Part shown: piece by piece, positions 8,049-17,264 of the stretch
Position numbering within the stretch: position 1 is the first letter of the stretch
Layout of the letters: each line of letters opens with the position of its first letter
From: Candidatus Saccharimonadota bacterium
GTDB lineage: Bacteria; Patescibacteriota; Gracilibacteria; UBA4473
DNA length: 32,000 nucleotides
Direction of reading: 5' to 3'
Assembly: GCA_965228485.1 (NCBI GenBank)
Contig: OZ245819.1
Coordinates: 900,001 to 932,000 of the forward strand
The notes under the pieces: generated by a model
What the model was told of the DNA's origin: nothing
What the model saw: the letters and a program-made list of their open reading frames with translations, nothing else
Databases searched by the model: none
Program-made: the position numbers and the translations under genes

Positions 8049-9849
8049 CCTTGATTCGTCGGACTCCTCGAGAAGAGCTTTCTTCTTTCTTGATTTTGAA
8101 AGTTCCTTCGATTTCTCCAGTGTTTTTTACGTGAGGACCTCCACAAAGTTCTCGTGTCCAGACTTTTCCTGTGGTGTCTTTGAAGGTAAATACTTTTACA
8201 ATATCAGGATATCGATCCCAGAAACTTGCCTCGATGGTTTCGTCTTGCTGTGCTTCGTCTTTGGCAATTTCCTCATATACTTGCTCAGCGTTAGCCGCAA
8301 TGGCATCATTTACATATTTTTCGACGGCTTCTTTTTGTTCTGGAGTCATTTTTTCTCCGTGAGTGAAGTCAAAACGTAGTCGTTCAGCGGTAATATTACT
8401 TCCAGCTTGATGAACATGGTCTCCAAGAACTTCACGTAGCCCTGCAAGCATTAGATGAGTAGAGGTATGGAGTCGGGTTTCTTCTTCGATATTTTCTCGG
8501 CTCAGGCCTCCTTTAAATTTCCCGGCAGAGGCGCTTCGGGCCTTTTCTTGATGGGCTTTAAAAGCTTCTTCAAAACCTTTTTGATCAACTTCTAGTCCTT
8601 TTTCTTGGGCCAATTCTTCAGTCATTTCTAGTGGGAATCCATAGGTTTGATAGAGGTCAAAGGCAGTTTCTCCATCGATCATATCGGTAATGTTTTCAGC
8701 GACTTTTAAGAATTGTTTTTCTCCTTTTTCTAGAGTCGTTCGAAATTGTGATTCTTCTCGATCTAGCTCTTCAAGGATAAAGTTTTGATTTTTAGAAAGC
8801 TCTGGATAATGCCTTCCTAATTTGTTTACAACAGCTTTTGCAATAGGGTTGCAGAGGTTGTTTTCGATCCCTAATTTTCTTCCGTGTCGGACGGCTCGAC
8901 GGATAAGTCGTCGCAGGATGTATCCTTGGTCTACATTTGATGGTGCGACTAGATCTCCGAGAATAATAGTCGAACTTCTTAGGTGGTCGGCAATGATTCT
9001 TGCTGAGTTATGAGCATCCGTTTCCCCTAGTGGATTTTTGGTAAGATCATTATTTCCAGAAAGGCTGGCGATAGCCTCCAGAATTGGTTCGAAGGCATCG
9101 GTTTGATATACCGATACTTTTCCATTTAGTACGGCTACGGTTCTCTCTAGCCCCATTCCAGTATCTACATTTTGTGCTGGAAGATTTTCGAGCGTTCCGT
9201 TTGGAAGTTTGTTGAACTGCATGAATACATCGTTCCAGATCTCTACCCATCGTGGGTCTTCCCAGGTTTCTTGGTACGGTTTTTGCAGTTCTGGATCATT
9301 TGGGTCTCCAGTCCAGTAAAACATTTCACTATCAGGGCCACAAGGTCCCGTTTCTCCTTTTGCCCACCAGTTTTCATTGGCATCTAAATAGGCAATTTTG
9401 TACTCGGGCATACCAACGGCTTTCCAGTGTCCAGCAGCCTCTTCGTCTCGAGGAGCATTTTCGTCTCCTTCAAAGACAGAAACAGCTAATCGTTCTAGTG
9501 GAAGTTCTAGAACTTCTGTAAGAAATTCAAAACTCCAAGCGATTTGTTCTTCTTTGAAAAAATCTCCGAGAGACCAATTTCCCAGCATTTCAAAGAAAGT
9601 CAGATGTGTAGCATCTCCGACTTCTTCGATATCTCCAGTTCGGATACATTTTTGTGCATTAGCGAGTCTTGTTCCGAGTGGGTGAGGCTCTCCCATTAAA
9701 AATGGTACAAGCGGATGCATTCCAGAGTTATGAAAAAGAGCCGTAGGGTCATTGTCTGGAATAACTCCTGCTGACGGAATAACGGCATGTTCTTTGCTTT
9801 TAAAGAATTCTAGCCATTTTGTACGGAGGGTGTCGGTTGTATATTGCAT
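8032..9849 (-). CDS. alaS: Alanine--tRNA ligase, compact form lacking the C-Ala domain (605 aa)
   Basis: N-terminus [44 protein letters not shown]. Editing-domain HTSTHLM and CGGPHV zinc motifs. The protein ends at [11 protein letters not shown]. Confidence 0.9.
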   Translation of the reverse strand: [605 protein letters not shown]

Positions 9850-9861
9850 GTTAAATTTACT

Positions 9862-9888
9862 TAAAGAAAAGCTATCGGCTGATAGCTT
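9862..9888 (-). terminator. Hairpin AAGCTATC-(4 nt)-GATAGCTT followed on the minus strand by TTCTTT
   Basis: 8-bp stem at 9869-9876 / 9881-9888, downstream of the jag stop and 13 nt upstream of the alaS ATG. The T-tract is short and interrupted. Confidence 0.35.
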
Positions 9889-9921
9889 GTGAATCTTATT
9901 TAAAGACTGGAAGCTGATCAG

Positions 9922-10371
9922 CTACTTATAAAATACTCTCACGGCCCGGGCCTTTCCTTCTCCTACAGAGTCAGATTCTAGTTCTGGAAATGAGTGTAGA
10001 ACCCACATATGAACCACTCTTCGAAAATAAGGAGACATTGGAGGTAGCTTGATTTCTGCTAGATTTCGCTCCTTCATCATATCGATGTATCTTTCAGCCT
10101 TTTGGATGATTCTTTCTTCTTGAGCTTTTCGATAATTATCTACGTCAACAGAGATAAATACATTTTCTTTGTTTTGGGCAAAGAGCATATTTTTGAGCAG
10201 TGTCTGGATGGCGCTCAGGGTTTCTCCGTTTTTTCCAATTAGTCGGGCAGCGTTTGGGGTTTCGATATTAGCTCTGTATTGACCGTTTTCTTCGGTAATA
10301 GTCACGCAATCGTATTCCGCACCAAACTTATCTAAAAGGAGCTTGAGGGCTTTTTGAATGATAGTTTCCAT
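9922..10371 (-). CDS. KH + R3H domain RNA-binding protein (Jag/KhpB family)
   Basis: KH GxxG motif (IGKNGETLSAIQ) and R3H-like motif (SPYFRRVVHMWV). The ATG at 10371 is preferred over the TTG at 10434 because a TTGACA-17-TATAAA promoter lies inside the longer extension. Confidence 0.75.
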   Translation of the reverse strand: METIIQKALKLLLDKFGAEYDCVTITEENGQYRANIETPNAARLIGKNGETLSAIQTLLKNMLFAQNKENVFISVDVDNYRKAQEERIIQKAERYIDMMKERNLAEIKLPPMSPYFRRVVHMWVLHSFPELESDSVGEGKARAVRVFYK

Positions 10372-10405
10372 GGAAGGTTTTTTAGCGGTTTTTCTAAACG
10401 TATAA

Positions 10406-10434
10406 TTTATACGGAAAATTGTATTTCTTGTCAA
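10406..10434 (-). promoter_or_regulatory. Promoter: TTGACA, 17-nt spacer, TATAAA (minus strand)
   Basis: -35 at 10434-10429 and -10 at 10411-10406 (read on the minus strand), upstream of the jag-like ATG at 10371. Confidence 0.5.
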
Positions 10435-10453
10435 AAAAGGGAGAATAAAAACG

Positions 10454-11545
10454 ATGGAAGAAAAATTGAAACTGATTCGAGATTGGTGTGTTTCTGACGA
10501 ATTATCTGGAGTGATTCTTACGAAAATTGAAAATATTTTTTATCTTACAGAATTTTGGGGAAGTTTTGCTTTTATGGTTATAACTGAAGACGGGGCGTTT
10601 CTTCTTACTGATGGTAGGTATGCAGGAAAAGTTAAAAATTTATCGCTTCCTGATGGAATAGAGTTTGTGCTTTTTAACGCTGAAAATATCAAAGATTTTG
10701 GAGTAAAGTTTACTAAGAAATTAGGGTTAGAAGGAAGTAGTTCTTTGAAACAAAAAACTCAATTTGAAAAATGGTTTCCATCCGCTGAACTAGAAACTTT
10801 TTCTAACAATATAGACCAAATTCGGAGGGTTAAATCTTCGGCGGAGATAAGTTGCATTAATGCGGCCCAATCTTTTGTAGATACTTTATTAATAGACTTT
10901 TTGTCTGAGAACTTGCGAGCGGGAATATCAGAAAAAGAACTTTGTTTTTATTTAGAAACACAGCTTCGAGATAAGGGTAAAAAAGGGTTAAGTTTTGATG
11001 CTATTGTGGCTTTTGGTGAAAACTCGTCAATCCCTCATCATGAGCCAGGAGGAAGAACCTTGAAGTCGGGCGATAATATTCTTATCGATTGCGGGGTTAC
11101 TCATCAACGCTATTGCAGTGATGTCACTCGGAACTATGTGTTTGGTGCGCCACAGCAGGCTTATGTGCAGGATTATTTTGATCTCTTAGATATTCAAAAA
11201 CAACTTTTATCTCTTTATAAAGCTGGAAAGAAGATTGCTAATGTAGATCAATTTTGTAGAGATTTAATGAAGGATAAGTCGGCATTTTACACTCATTCTC
11301 TTGGGCATGGAGTGGGTTTAGAAATTCATGAAATGCCTGGAATATCCACGCGAAATCTTGATGATACATTTCTACTTAATGAGGTGGTGACTTGTGAGCC
11401 AGGGTGGTATTTCCCTGAACGTTATGGTATTCGTATTGAGGATTTGGTAGTTATTGGAGAAGAAGAGTCTTTAGTTCTTTCTGAAATAACCAAAGATTTG
11501 TTAAGTTTTAGTGAAACGGGAGAAGTGAAAAAAATCTCAAGATAG
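10454..11545 (+). CDS. M24 family metallopeptidase (Xaa-Pro aminopeptidase/dipeptidase)
   Basis: Metal-ligand motifs DCG...D, HSLGHGVGLEIHE and EPGWY...IRIED. A GGGAG SD lies about 10 nt upstream. Confidence 0.85.
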   Translation: MEEKLKLIRDWCVSDELSGVILTKIENIFYLTEFWGSFAFMVITEDGAFLLTDGRYAGKVKNLSLPDGIEFVLFNAENIKDFGVKFTKKLGLEGSSSLKQKTQFEKWFPSAELETFSNNIDQIRRVKSSAEISCINAAQSFVDTLLIDFLSENLRAGISEKELCFYLETQLRDKGKKGLSFDAIVAFGENSSIPHHEPGGRTLKSGDNILIDCGVTHQRYCSDVTRNYVFGAPQQAYVQDYFDLLDIQKQLLSLYKAGKKIANVDQFCRDLMKDKSAFYTHSLGHGVGLEIHEMPGISTRNLDDTFLLNEVVTCEPGWYFPERYGIRIEDLVVIGEEESLVLSEITKDLLSFSETGEVKKISR

Positions 11546-11558
11546 AAATACTTCCAGA

Positions 11559-12644
11559 GTGGACAAACAAATATCTTTTTTGGTGGCTATTCATGAAGCT
11601 TGTAATCTTACTTTTTTACGATATCAGGCTTTAAAGAATTTTTTTAAAGGCGATTTTGAACAGGCTTTCAATGCAAAAATTAAAGACTGGCAATCTGCAG
11701 GAATTGATAAAGTAGGAATTGAGAAATTCTTTATTAAACGCATTTCTCCAGACTTAGTACAAGACAATTTGCTTAGATGTGGAGCGGAGGTTTTCTTTTT
11801 AGAAGATAAAAAGTTTCCCCTAGGCTTGAAAAATATTCCTAACCCACCAGTACTCTTGTTTATGAGAGGTCAAATGTTGTTGTCTGATTTTCCCTGTCTT
11901 TCCGTTGTGGGGTCTCGTCGAGTGTCTCATTATGGGAAAGCCGCTATGGAAAATTTATTGAGCCCACTTGTACAGAGTGGTATTACCACTGTATCAGGAT
12001 TGGCTTTTGGGGTTGATAAACTCACGCATGAGCTCTCATTAAAAAATAAACAGAGGACGATTGCTGTTTTAGGAAGCGGAATTGACGCCATTTATCCTAA
12101 AAATCATCAATACCTAGTAGATAGAATATTGTCTGAAGACTTAGGGGCGATAGTCTCAGAATACTTACCAGGCATTTTGCCTCGTCCTGAACATTTTCCC
12201 CAAAGGAATAGAATTGTTTCAGGTTTATCTAAAGCCGTAGTTTTGGTAGAGGCTGCTGAGAAATCTGGAACGCTTATTACGGCGGCCTGGGCTAACGAGC
12301 AAGGGCGTGATATTTTTGCTATTCCAGGGAGTGTTTTTTCTTCTCAGTCAGAAGGAACAAACAGGCTTATTGCTGATGGACTGGCTACGGCGTTGGTGGA
12401 TCCATCACAGCTCTCTAACTTATTCGGGGAAAGGGTGACTTCAGAAGATGTAGATTTTGGAGCTTTGTCTGATATTAGTCGCCAGATATTGGGGTGTTTT
12501 GAAGAAAGTTCGGAAATTCACTTAGACGAAATTGTGAGAAAGCTTCCATTCCCACAACCAGTAGTTTCTTCTGAGATAATGATGCTTGAGGTTCAGGGGC
12601 TTATAAGAAATGTAGGGAATCTTATGTATATAAAGCTTATCTAG
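11559..12644 (+). CDS. dprA: DNA-processing protein DprA (Smf)
   Basis: VVGSRRVSHYG, SGLAFGVDKLTH, FPQRNRIVSGLS and SGTLITAAWANEQGRDIFAIPG motifs. GTG start. Confidence 0.9.
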   Translation: MDKQISFLVAIHEACNLTFLRYQALKNFFKGDFEQAFNAKIKDWQSAGIDKVGIEKFFIKRISPDLVQDNLLRCGAEVFFLEDKKFPLGLKNIPNPPVLLFMRGQMLLSDFPCLSVVGSRRVSHYGKAAMENLLSPLVQSGITTVSGLAFGVDKLTHELSLKNKQRTIAVLGSGIDAIYPKNHQYLVDRILSEDLGAIVSEYLPGILPRPEHFPQRNRIVSGLSKAVVLVEAAEKSGTLITAAWANEQGRDIFAIPGSVFSSQSEGTNRLIADGLATALVDPSQLSNLFGERVTSEDVDFGALSDISRQILGCFEESSEIHLDEIVRKLPFPQPVVSSEIMMLEVQGLIRNVGNLMYIKLI

Positions 12645-12680
12645 ACTATTGACAAAAGTGTTTTTAGGTGTACTAGTTAT

Positions 12681-14249
12681 ATGATGAAGTCTTTGCTGGC
12701 ACCTAAGCACTTTGAAACCTTTGGAAATCTAGACGAGCGTATATCTTGGAAGGATGTTCGTGGTTTTGAGAGAGAGATTGCACTTAAGGCTGTAAAGCTA
12801 GATGATCGATTTAAGGGGATGTCCGATCTGGATATTCGTCGAATTGTTTGGAATTCTTGGCAAAGTTATCTAGTTGAAAGACAGAGTTTTAATAATTGTA
12901 CCTTTGCAGATATTACGGTTGAAGGGTGTATTATTCCTCCGCTTCACGATAGCGAGGATTTTTTGTCAGGGATAGATGATTTTGTGTTGTACTTTTTTTA
13001 TCAGATTGAATGTGGAACGATTAGTCTTGCAGAAGATCGTGCAGATTTGTTTGATGTGGATTTTGACCTAAGGTTTTACCGTGGTTTTGATGAATTAGAG
13101 CCAGTGACTCGTAAGCAATTTTTAGCTTTAAAGTTAGCGGTTCATTCTCGACAGAAGACTCTTACCGAAGAACGATTTGCTGAACTTTTATCCAAGCCTG
13201 AAAAATCCCAAAAAGAATTGGTGGCGCTTCAACAAAATGTAGATTATTTTTGGGCTTCTCCACAAGTGACTTACGATTTATTAAAAGAACTCTATCGTGA
13301 GTGTCGTGCCAATTCAGTTGTGGAGGTTGATTTGAAAATTTCTCGACAATTAGATGAAACTCTTTGGTTTGCGGAGTCTTTAGGGCTAGAAAAAGAATCT
13401 ATTGAGACTTTTCTGAGAGTTGTTTTTCGATTAGAAAAATTATATCGAGGGAAAATACGTCGTTCAGAATTTAGCCGATATGCCTTTAGTTCAGACAACC
13501 CGAGTGAGGCTCACTTCAATCACTTTTTGAGAGGAATTGATTTGGTTTTAGGAGTTTCGGATCGCTTAAAAAATCATTATAAAGAAGGCCCTGTTTTTGA
13601 TGAGATTAGGGAGTGTACAAAGTCTCCAGAAAATATTTTAGAGCTTATGCTGACGGTTTTGTTACATGATTCGCTTGAAGACAAATTGGAACTTGAAGAC
13701 GGAAGAGTTTTTGATGAAGAAGCTCTCAGGGAAATTCTGTCGGAAGCACAAGTTCCAAATGAGATAATTGAACGATTGGTGACTCGTACTCATTTATTGA
13801 ATTCAAAGGTTTCGATTCCAGAAGATGAAGGAAGGGCCTTGAGTTATGGTTCTTATATTACCCGTTTACAGACTCATGGAGATCCATTTATACGACTTAC
13901 AAAGATTGTGGGAGATATTGGGCAGAATCTTTGTTCTCCTCATCGGATGCCCTTTAATCCTGAAGACTGGATGCAGTTGAAATCAAAATATGCTGAAAAA
14001 TTTAGAGCCACAGATACCTGGATTTCTCCTTATGTTGAAGCTGGCGTTTTTCGTTTGTTGCCTGCAGATATTATGAATCAGATGAAAAACAATAAGCATT
14101 TGGCAGATCATTTCCCAAGCTTTGAGAGATTGTTTCAGGATATTGATTTTAGAATTACTTCTTTGCCGTCAGTACTAAAGATTCGATTAAAGAAGGTTCT
14201 TGGAGATAGCTTTTTTGAACCCGTTAAGACAGCAGACCCTGCAGTTTAG
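12681..14249 (+). CDS. Hypothetical protein: unknown ~300-aa N-terminal region plus a divergent SpoT/Mesh1-like HD hydrolase module
   Basis: LLHDSLED (HD...ED) and, downstream, DPFIRLTKIVGDIGQNL resemble AALLHDvvEDT and D.RVilIKLADRLHNM of RSH hydrolase domains. Tandem ATG ATG at 12681/12684. Confidence 0.55.
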   Translation: MMKSLLAPKHFETFGNLDERISWKDVRGFEREIALKAVKLDDRFKGMSDLDIRRIVWNSWQSYLVERQSFNNCTFADITVEGCIIPPLHDSEDFLSGIDDFVLYFFYQIECGTISLAEDRADLFDVDFDLRFYRGFDELEPVTRKQFLALKLAVHSRQKTLTEERFAELLSKPEKSQKELVALQQNVDYFWASPQVTYDLLKELYRECRANSVVEVDLKISRQLDETLWFAESLGLEKESIETFLRVVFRLEKLYRGKIRRSEFSRYAFSSDNPSEAHFNHFLRGIDLVLGVSDRLKNHYKEGPVFDEIRECTKSPENILELMLTVLLHDSLEDKLELEDGRVFDEEALREILSEAQVPNEIIERLVTRTHLLNSKVSIPEDEGRALSYGSYITRLQTHGDPFIRLTKIVGDIGQNLCSPHRMPFNPEDWMQLKSKYAEKFRATDTWISPYVEAGVFRLLPADIMNQMKNNKHLADHFPSFERLFQDIDFRITSLPSVLKIRLKKVLGDSFFEPVKTADPAV

Positions 14250-15606
14250 ACATAATTGTCTGCTGTTTGGATTCTAGTGATTCTTGATCTTTTGCCTCTA
14301 TTCTCACGGCGATTTTTGGAGACGTATTTGAGGCTCTAACAATGGCCCATTCACTTTTTCCAAAATTAATTCGCACTCCATCTAGAGTGCTTGCATCTGG
14401 AAATTCTCTTTTTAGTGCTGTAGCTGCGTTCTCAATGATTTGAAACTTGGTTTCGTCAGGAACAGTAATTCGATCAGAGATTTCTAGCATTTTTGGCCAT
14501 TGGGTTGTTACTTCTGCTATTAACTCAGGATTATGTTCAATTGATTGAATAAACCTTAGGGTGGCAAGTAGGGCATCGTCGTGACCGTAAAAATTTTCTC
14601 CAAACATAAAATGTCCAGACTGTTCTCCTCCAAGAAGGGCATTGTGGTCATGCATAGCGTGCTCAATGTGTGAGTGTCCAGTTTTTGAGAGAATAATTTC
14701 AGCACCTTTTTCTTTAAGTTTATCAATCAGTGTTTGAGAACTCATGGCATCAAGCACTATCGGGGCATTTGGATTTCTGGTAAGAAAATCTGAAGCCAGA
14801 CAGTAGAGGATTTTATCAGCATTAAGGATAGTTCCGTCTTCTAATACAACTCCCACTCGGTCTCCATCACCGTCAAAAGCAAACCCTAGATCGGCTGATT
14901 CGCTCTGGATACCTTTTTGTAGATCCACTAAATTTTCAGGTCGCTCGGGATCGGGTTGATGGTTGGGGAAGGTTGTGTCTAGATCGCAGTACATTTCTGT
15001 TACTTCATGCCCAAATTGACTGAGTGCATTTGGATAAAAAATTCCAGGAACAGCATTTCCGGCATCAACAATGATTTTTAACGGTTGTTGAGTTGGGGTT
15101 ATATTGGAAATTTTTGTAAGGTAATCTGCAAAAAAATCACTCTCAGTACAGGCATTTGAACATTCTCCTGTCGAATTATTAATTCGGCAATCGCTACACT
15201 CAGCGAGCGCTCTGATTTTTTGAATTTCATCACCACTCACAGCTCCAGTCCTATCACACATTTTTAGCCCGTTATCACCAGCGGGATTATGAGAGGCTGA
15301 TATTTGTATAGCTGCATCAAAATCTCCATGATGGAAAGCAAAGTAATTGACCGGTGTTGGGATAGTTCCTCCCCAGGTAATCGTACACCCTGCAGCTTTT
15401 AATCCAGAAATTACGGCCGGATAAAGTTCTGGCATAGATTGTCTGCCGTCTCCAGAAACAAAAACATTGGGCTCTAGAATATTGTGTTTTTCTTTTAGAT
15501 ACTCTCCAAATCCATGAGCAATTGCCATGAATCCGTCTTCATCGAAATCAACAAAAGCCTCACCACGAATGTCGTAGGCCCGAAAAATTTTTGAATTTAA
15601 TAGCAT
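14224..15606 (-). CDS. Phosphomannomutase/phosphoglucomutase (alpha-D-phosphohexomutase)
   Basis: Active-site SASHNPAGDNGLK, metal loop FDGDGDR, and GGEQSGH sugar-binding loop. The ATG at 15606 is preferred over the TTG at 15669. Confidence 0.9.
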   Translation of the reverse strand: MLLNSKIFRAYDIRGEAFVDFDEDGFMAIAHGFGEYLKEKHNILEPNVFVSGDGRQSMPELYPAVISGLKAAGCTITWGGTIPTPVNYFAFHHGDFDAAIQISASHNPAGDNGLKMCDRTGAVSGDEIQKIRALAECSDCRINNSTGECSNACTESDFFADYLTKISNITPTQQPLKIIVDAGNAVPGIFYPNALSQFGHEVTEMYCDLDTTFPNHQPDPERPENLVDLQKGIQSESADLGFAFDGDGDRVGVVLEDGTILNADKILYCLASDFLTRNPNAPIVLDAMSSQTLIDKLKEKGAEIILSKTGHSHIEHAMHDHNALLGGEQSGHFMFGENFYGHDDALLATLRFIQSIEHNPELIAEVTTQWPKMLEISDRITVPDETKFQIIENAATALKREFPDASTLDGVRINFGKSEWAIVRASNTSPKIAVRIEAKDQESLESKQQTIMSKLQGLLS

Positions 15607-15659
15607 AGGGGATGTTTTTTTACTTTCTCCACGCGCCGAATTATGACAGAATTCAGGCA

Positions 15660-17264
15660 ATGAAACCAATTCAAGGTCTAAAAAAATGGTTTACGACTTC
15701 TAAAATTATTTTAGCTTTAGTGTTGGTTTATCTTTTTTTGGTTATTTTTCCGGTTAAGGGACTTCTCTGGCCTGGACATTGGTGGGGCAAAACCCTTATC
15801 GTTTTTATGAATGATAATGAAGCTCGTCCTTGTGGAGGATTTGTAACGGCTTTTGGAGTTTTGGATTTGCCACAATTTAAGTTGGAACTGAAAAATGTCT
15901 ATCATTTTGCGAAAGTTGATTATGGAGCTAGTAGTGCTCCTTTGGATATAGTGAGTCCTCGTAGAAAGTTTTGGGATTTGGGAACGACTTATGATTTGGA
16001 AGTGTGTAGTCAGAACTTTTCTGCCGCTTATTGGCAGGCCGAGGGGAAGAGACCTGATCAAACTATTTTGGTTCAGTCCTCTTTTCTTGAGCGATGGATT
16101 GATGTTTTGGGATGGTTACCACTAGATGGAGAGCGTATCAATGCTGATAATTTTTTTGTAACGGTTTCTCGAAATGTGTCGGATGTTGATCGTCATGATG
16201 AAGCCTCGCTTGAAAATAGAAAACAACCTTTGGTTTCTTTGGGGAAATCATTGGTAAAAAAAACAGTGTTAAACCCTCTGAATTGGCCAAGCTTTACCCG
16301 ACTCTTTAAGAGCGGAATTGATAATCATTTGATTTATTGGTCTGGTTATTCAGACTTTCAACTAGAGCCAGTTTACGATCGTTTAGTTCCAGAGCATTCC
16401 AATGTTATTTCTGTGTCGGAGTGGAATTTGGGAGGTGGTAAAAGTTCTCGTTATCTAAGAAAATCTTGGTCGGTTGATTTTCGGGAGATTCGTCCAAAAG
16501 AGTGGAGAGCGAAGGTAAAGATTCTTATTGATCATATTGGAGGATATAGCGAACCCTTATCTCAGGATTGGCAGGGAGGTTTTGAGCTCAACTTCCTTGG
16601 AAAAAATCAATTTATCCCTGCTTCTGTATCACCTGGGCAATCATTTGTATATGAGACAGAATTTGTAGTAGATGATTTAGTGATTCGTTTACATAATCCT
16701 GATACAGATGAAATTAGCAAACTTGGACTTTTTGATATTCGATTATTTACTCCAACTTATCAAAATTGGAGAACAGATTTTTCTGTTTCGGTCTTTCCTG
16801 AGCAGAGCTTAACTTCTGGCAAAGAAGGGATAGGTTGGTTTAGAGGACAGCTTCCACCAGGGGGAAGGAATTTTTCTTGGGCTCATGCGATCAACCCAGA
16901 TACGACCCCTCCCTTTTTGGTCATTCATAAACCCATTGGTTCAGAGGCTTTTGTGATTGAGCAGTTAGAAGCGTTGAATTTTGCAGCGGGTGATTTGTTA
17001 GTAGAGTTTAAGTTTAATGAAAAAGTACAAGTTAATGATAATTTCTTGGTCGAGTTGAAAGATCGAAATGTTGAGATTGCAGATATTACTTCTAATCCAG
17101 CCTATAAGAGGCATATACTTTTAGAAGATCAGCAAAGTTTGGTTGTAAGTTTTGCTCAAAATCCACCACAGGCTGATGAGCGGTTTGATTTGCTGATGTC
17201 AGGGGTTTCTGATCTGTGGGATAACGAAGTGCGGTTGGGGCCGCGAACCGTTATTACTCGTTAA
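15660..17264 (+). CDS. DUF4012-like membrane-anchored protein with a C-terminal Ig-like region
   Basis: N-terminal anchor KIILALVLVYLFLVIF. NDNEARPCGGFVTAFGVL resembles the DUF4012 N.aElR.tGGf.g motif. NLGGGKSSRYL segment. The ATG at 15660 is preferred over 15612. Confidence 0.55.
   Translation: MKPIQGLKKWFTTSKIILALVLVYLFLVIFPVKGLLWPGHWWGKTLIVFMNDNEARPCGGFVTAFGVLDLPQFKLELKNVYHFAKVDYGASSAPLDIVSPRRKFWDLGTTYDLEVCSQNFSAAYWQAEGKRPDQTILVQSSFLERWIDVLGWLPLDGERINADNFFVTVSRNVSDVDRHDEASLENRKQPLVSLGKSLVKKTVLNPLNWPSFTRLFKSGIDNHLIYWSGYSDFQLEPVYDRLVPEHSNVISVSEWNLGGGKSSRYLRKSWSVDFREIRPKEWRAKVKILIDHIGGYSEPLSQDWQGGFELNFLGKNQFIPASVSPGQSFVYETEFVVDDLVIRLHNPDTDEISKLGLFDIRLFTPTYQNWRTDFSVSVFPEQSLTSGKEGIGWFRGQLPPGGRNFSWAHAINPDTTPPFLVIHKPIGSEAFVIEQLEALNFAAGDLLVEFKFNEKVQVNDNFLVELKDRNVEIADITSNPAYKRHILLEDQQSLVVSFAQNPPQADERFDLLMSGVSDLWDNEVRLGPRTVITR

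Noticed and set aside
8131-9685. Cluster of plus-strand ORFs (8131-8379, 8171-8362, 8822-9013, 9172-9387, 9252-9521, 9398-9685) and one minus-strand ORF (9050-9250)
   Set aside because: All are nested within alaS, antisense or in alternative frames, and have Ser/Arg/Pro-rich low-complexity translations typical of shadow ORFs.
9850-9921. Possible T-box or riboswitch leader upstream of alaS
   Set aside because: Only about 70 nt are available, holding one simple hairpin and a 12-bp palindrome (AGCTGATCAGCT at 9912-9923). That is far too short for a T-box.
10372-10434. TTG-initiated N-terminal extension of the jag-like gene. Similar TTG extensions occur at 15607-15669 (PMM) and 26282-26329 (rfbD), with a TTG-initiated extension at 26395-26454 and an ATG-initiated one at 20313-20348.
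   Set aside because: Each extension lacks homology to the family. Each either contains a promoter for the shorter gene or overlaps the neighbouring gene. An internal ATG gives a canonical N-terminus.
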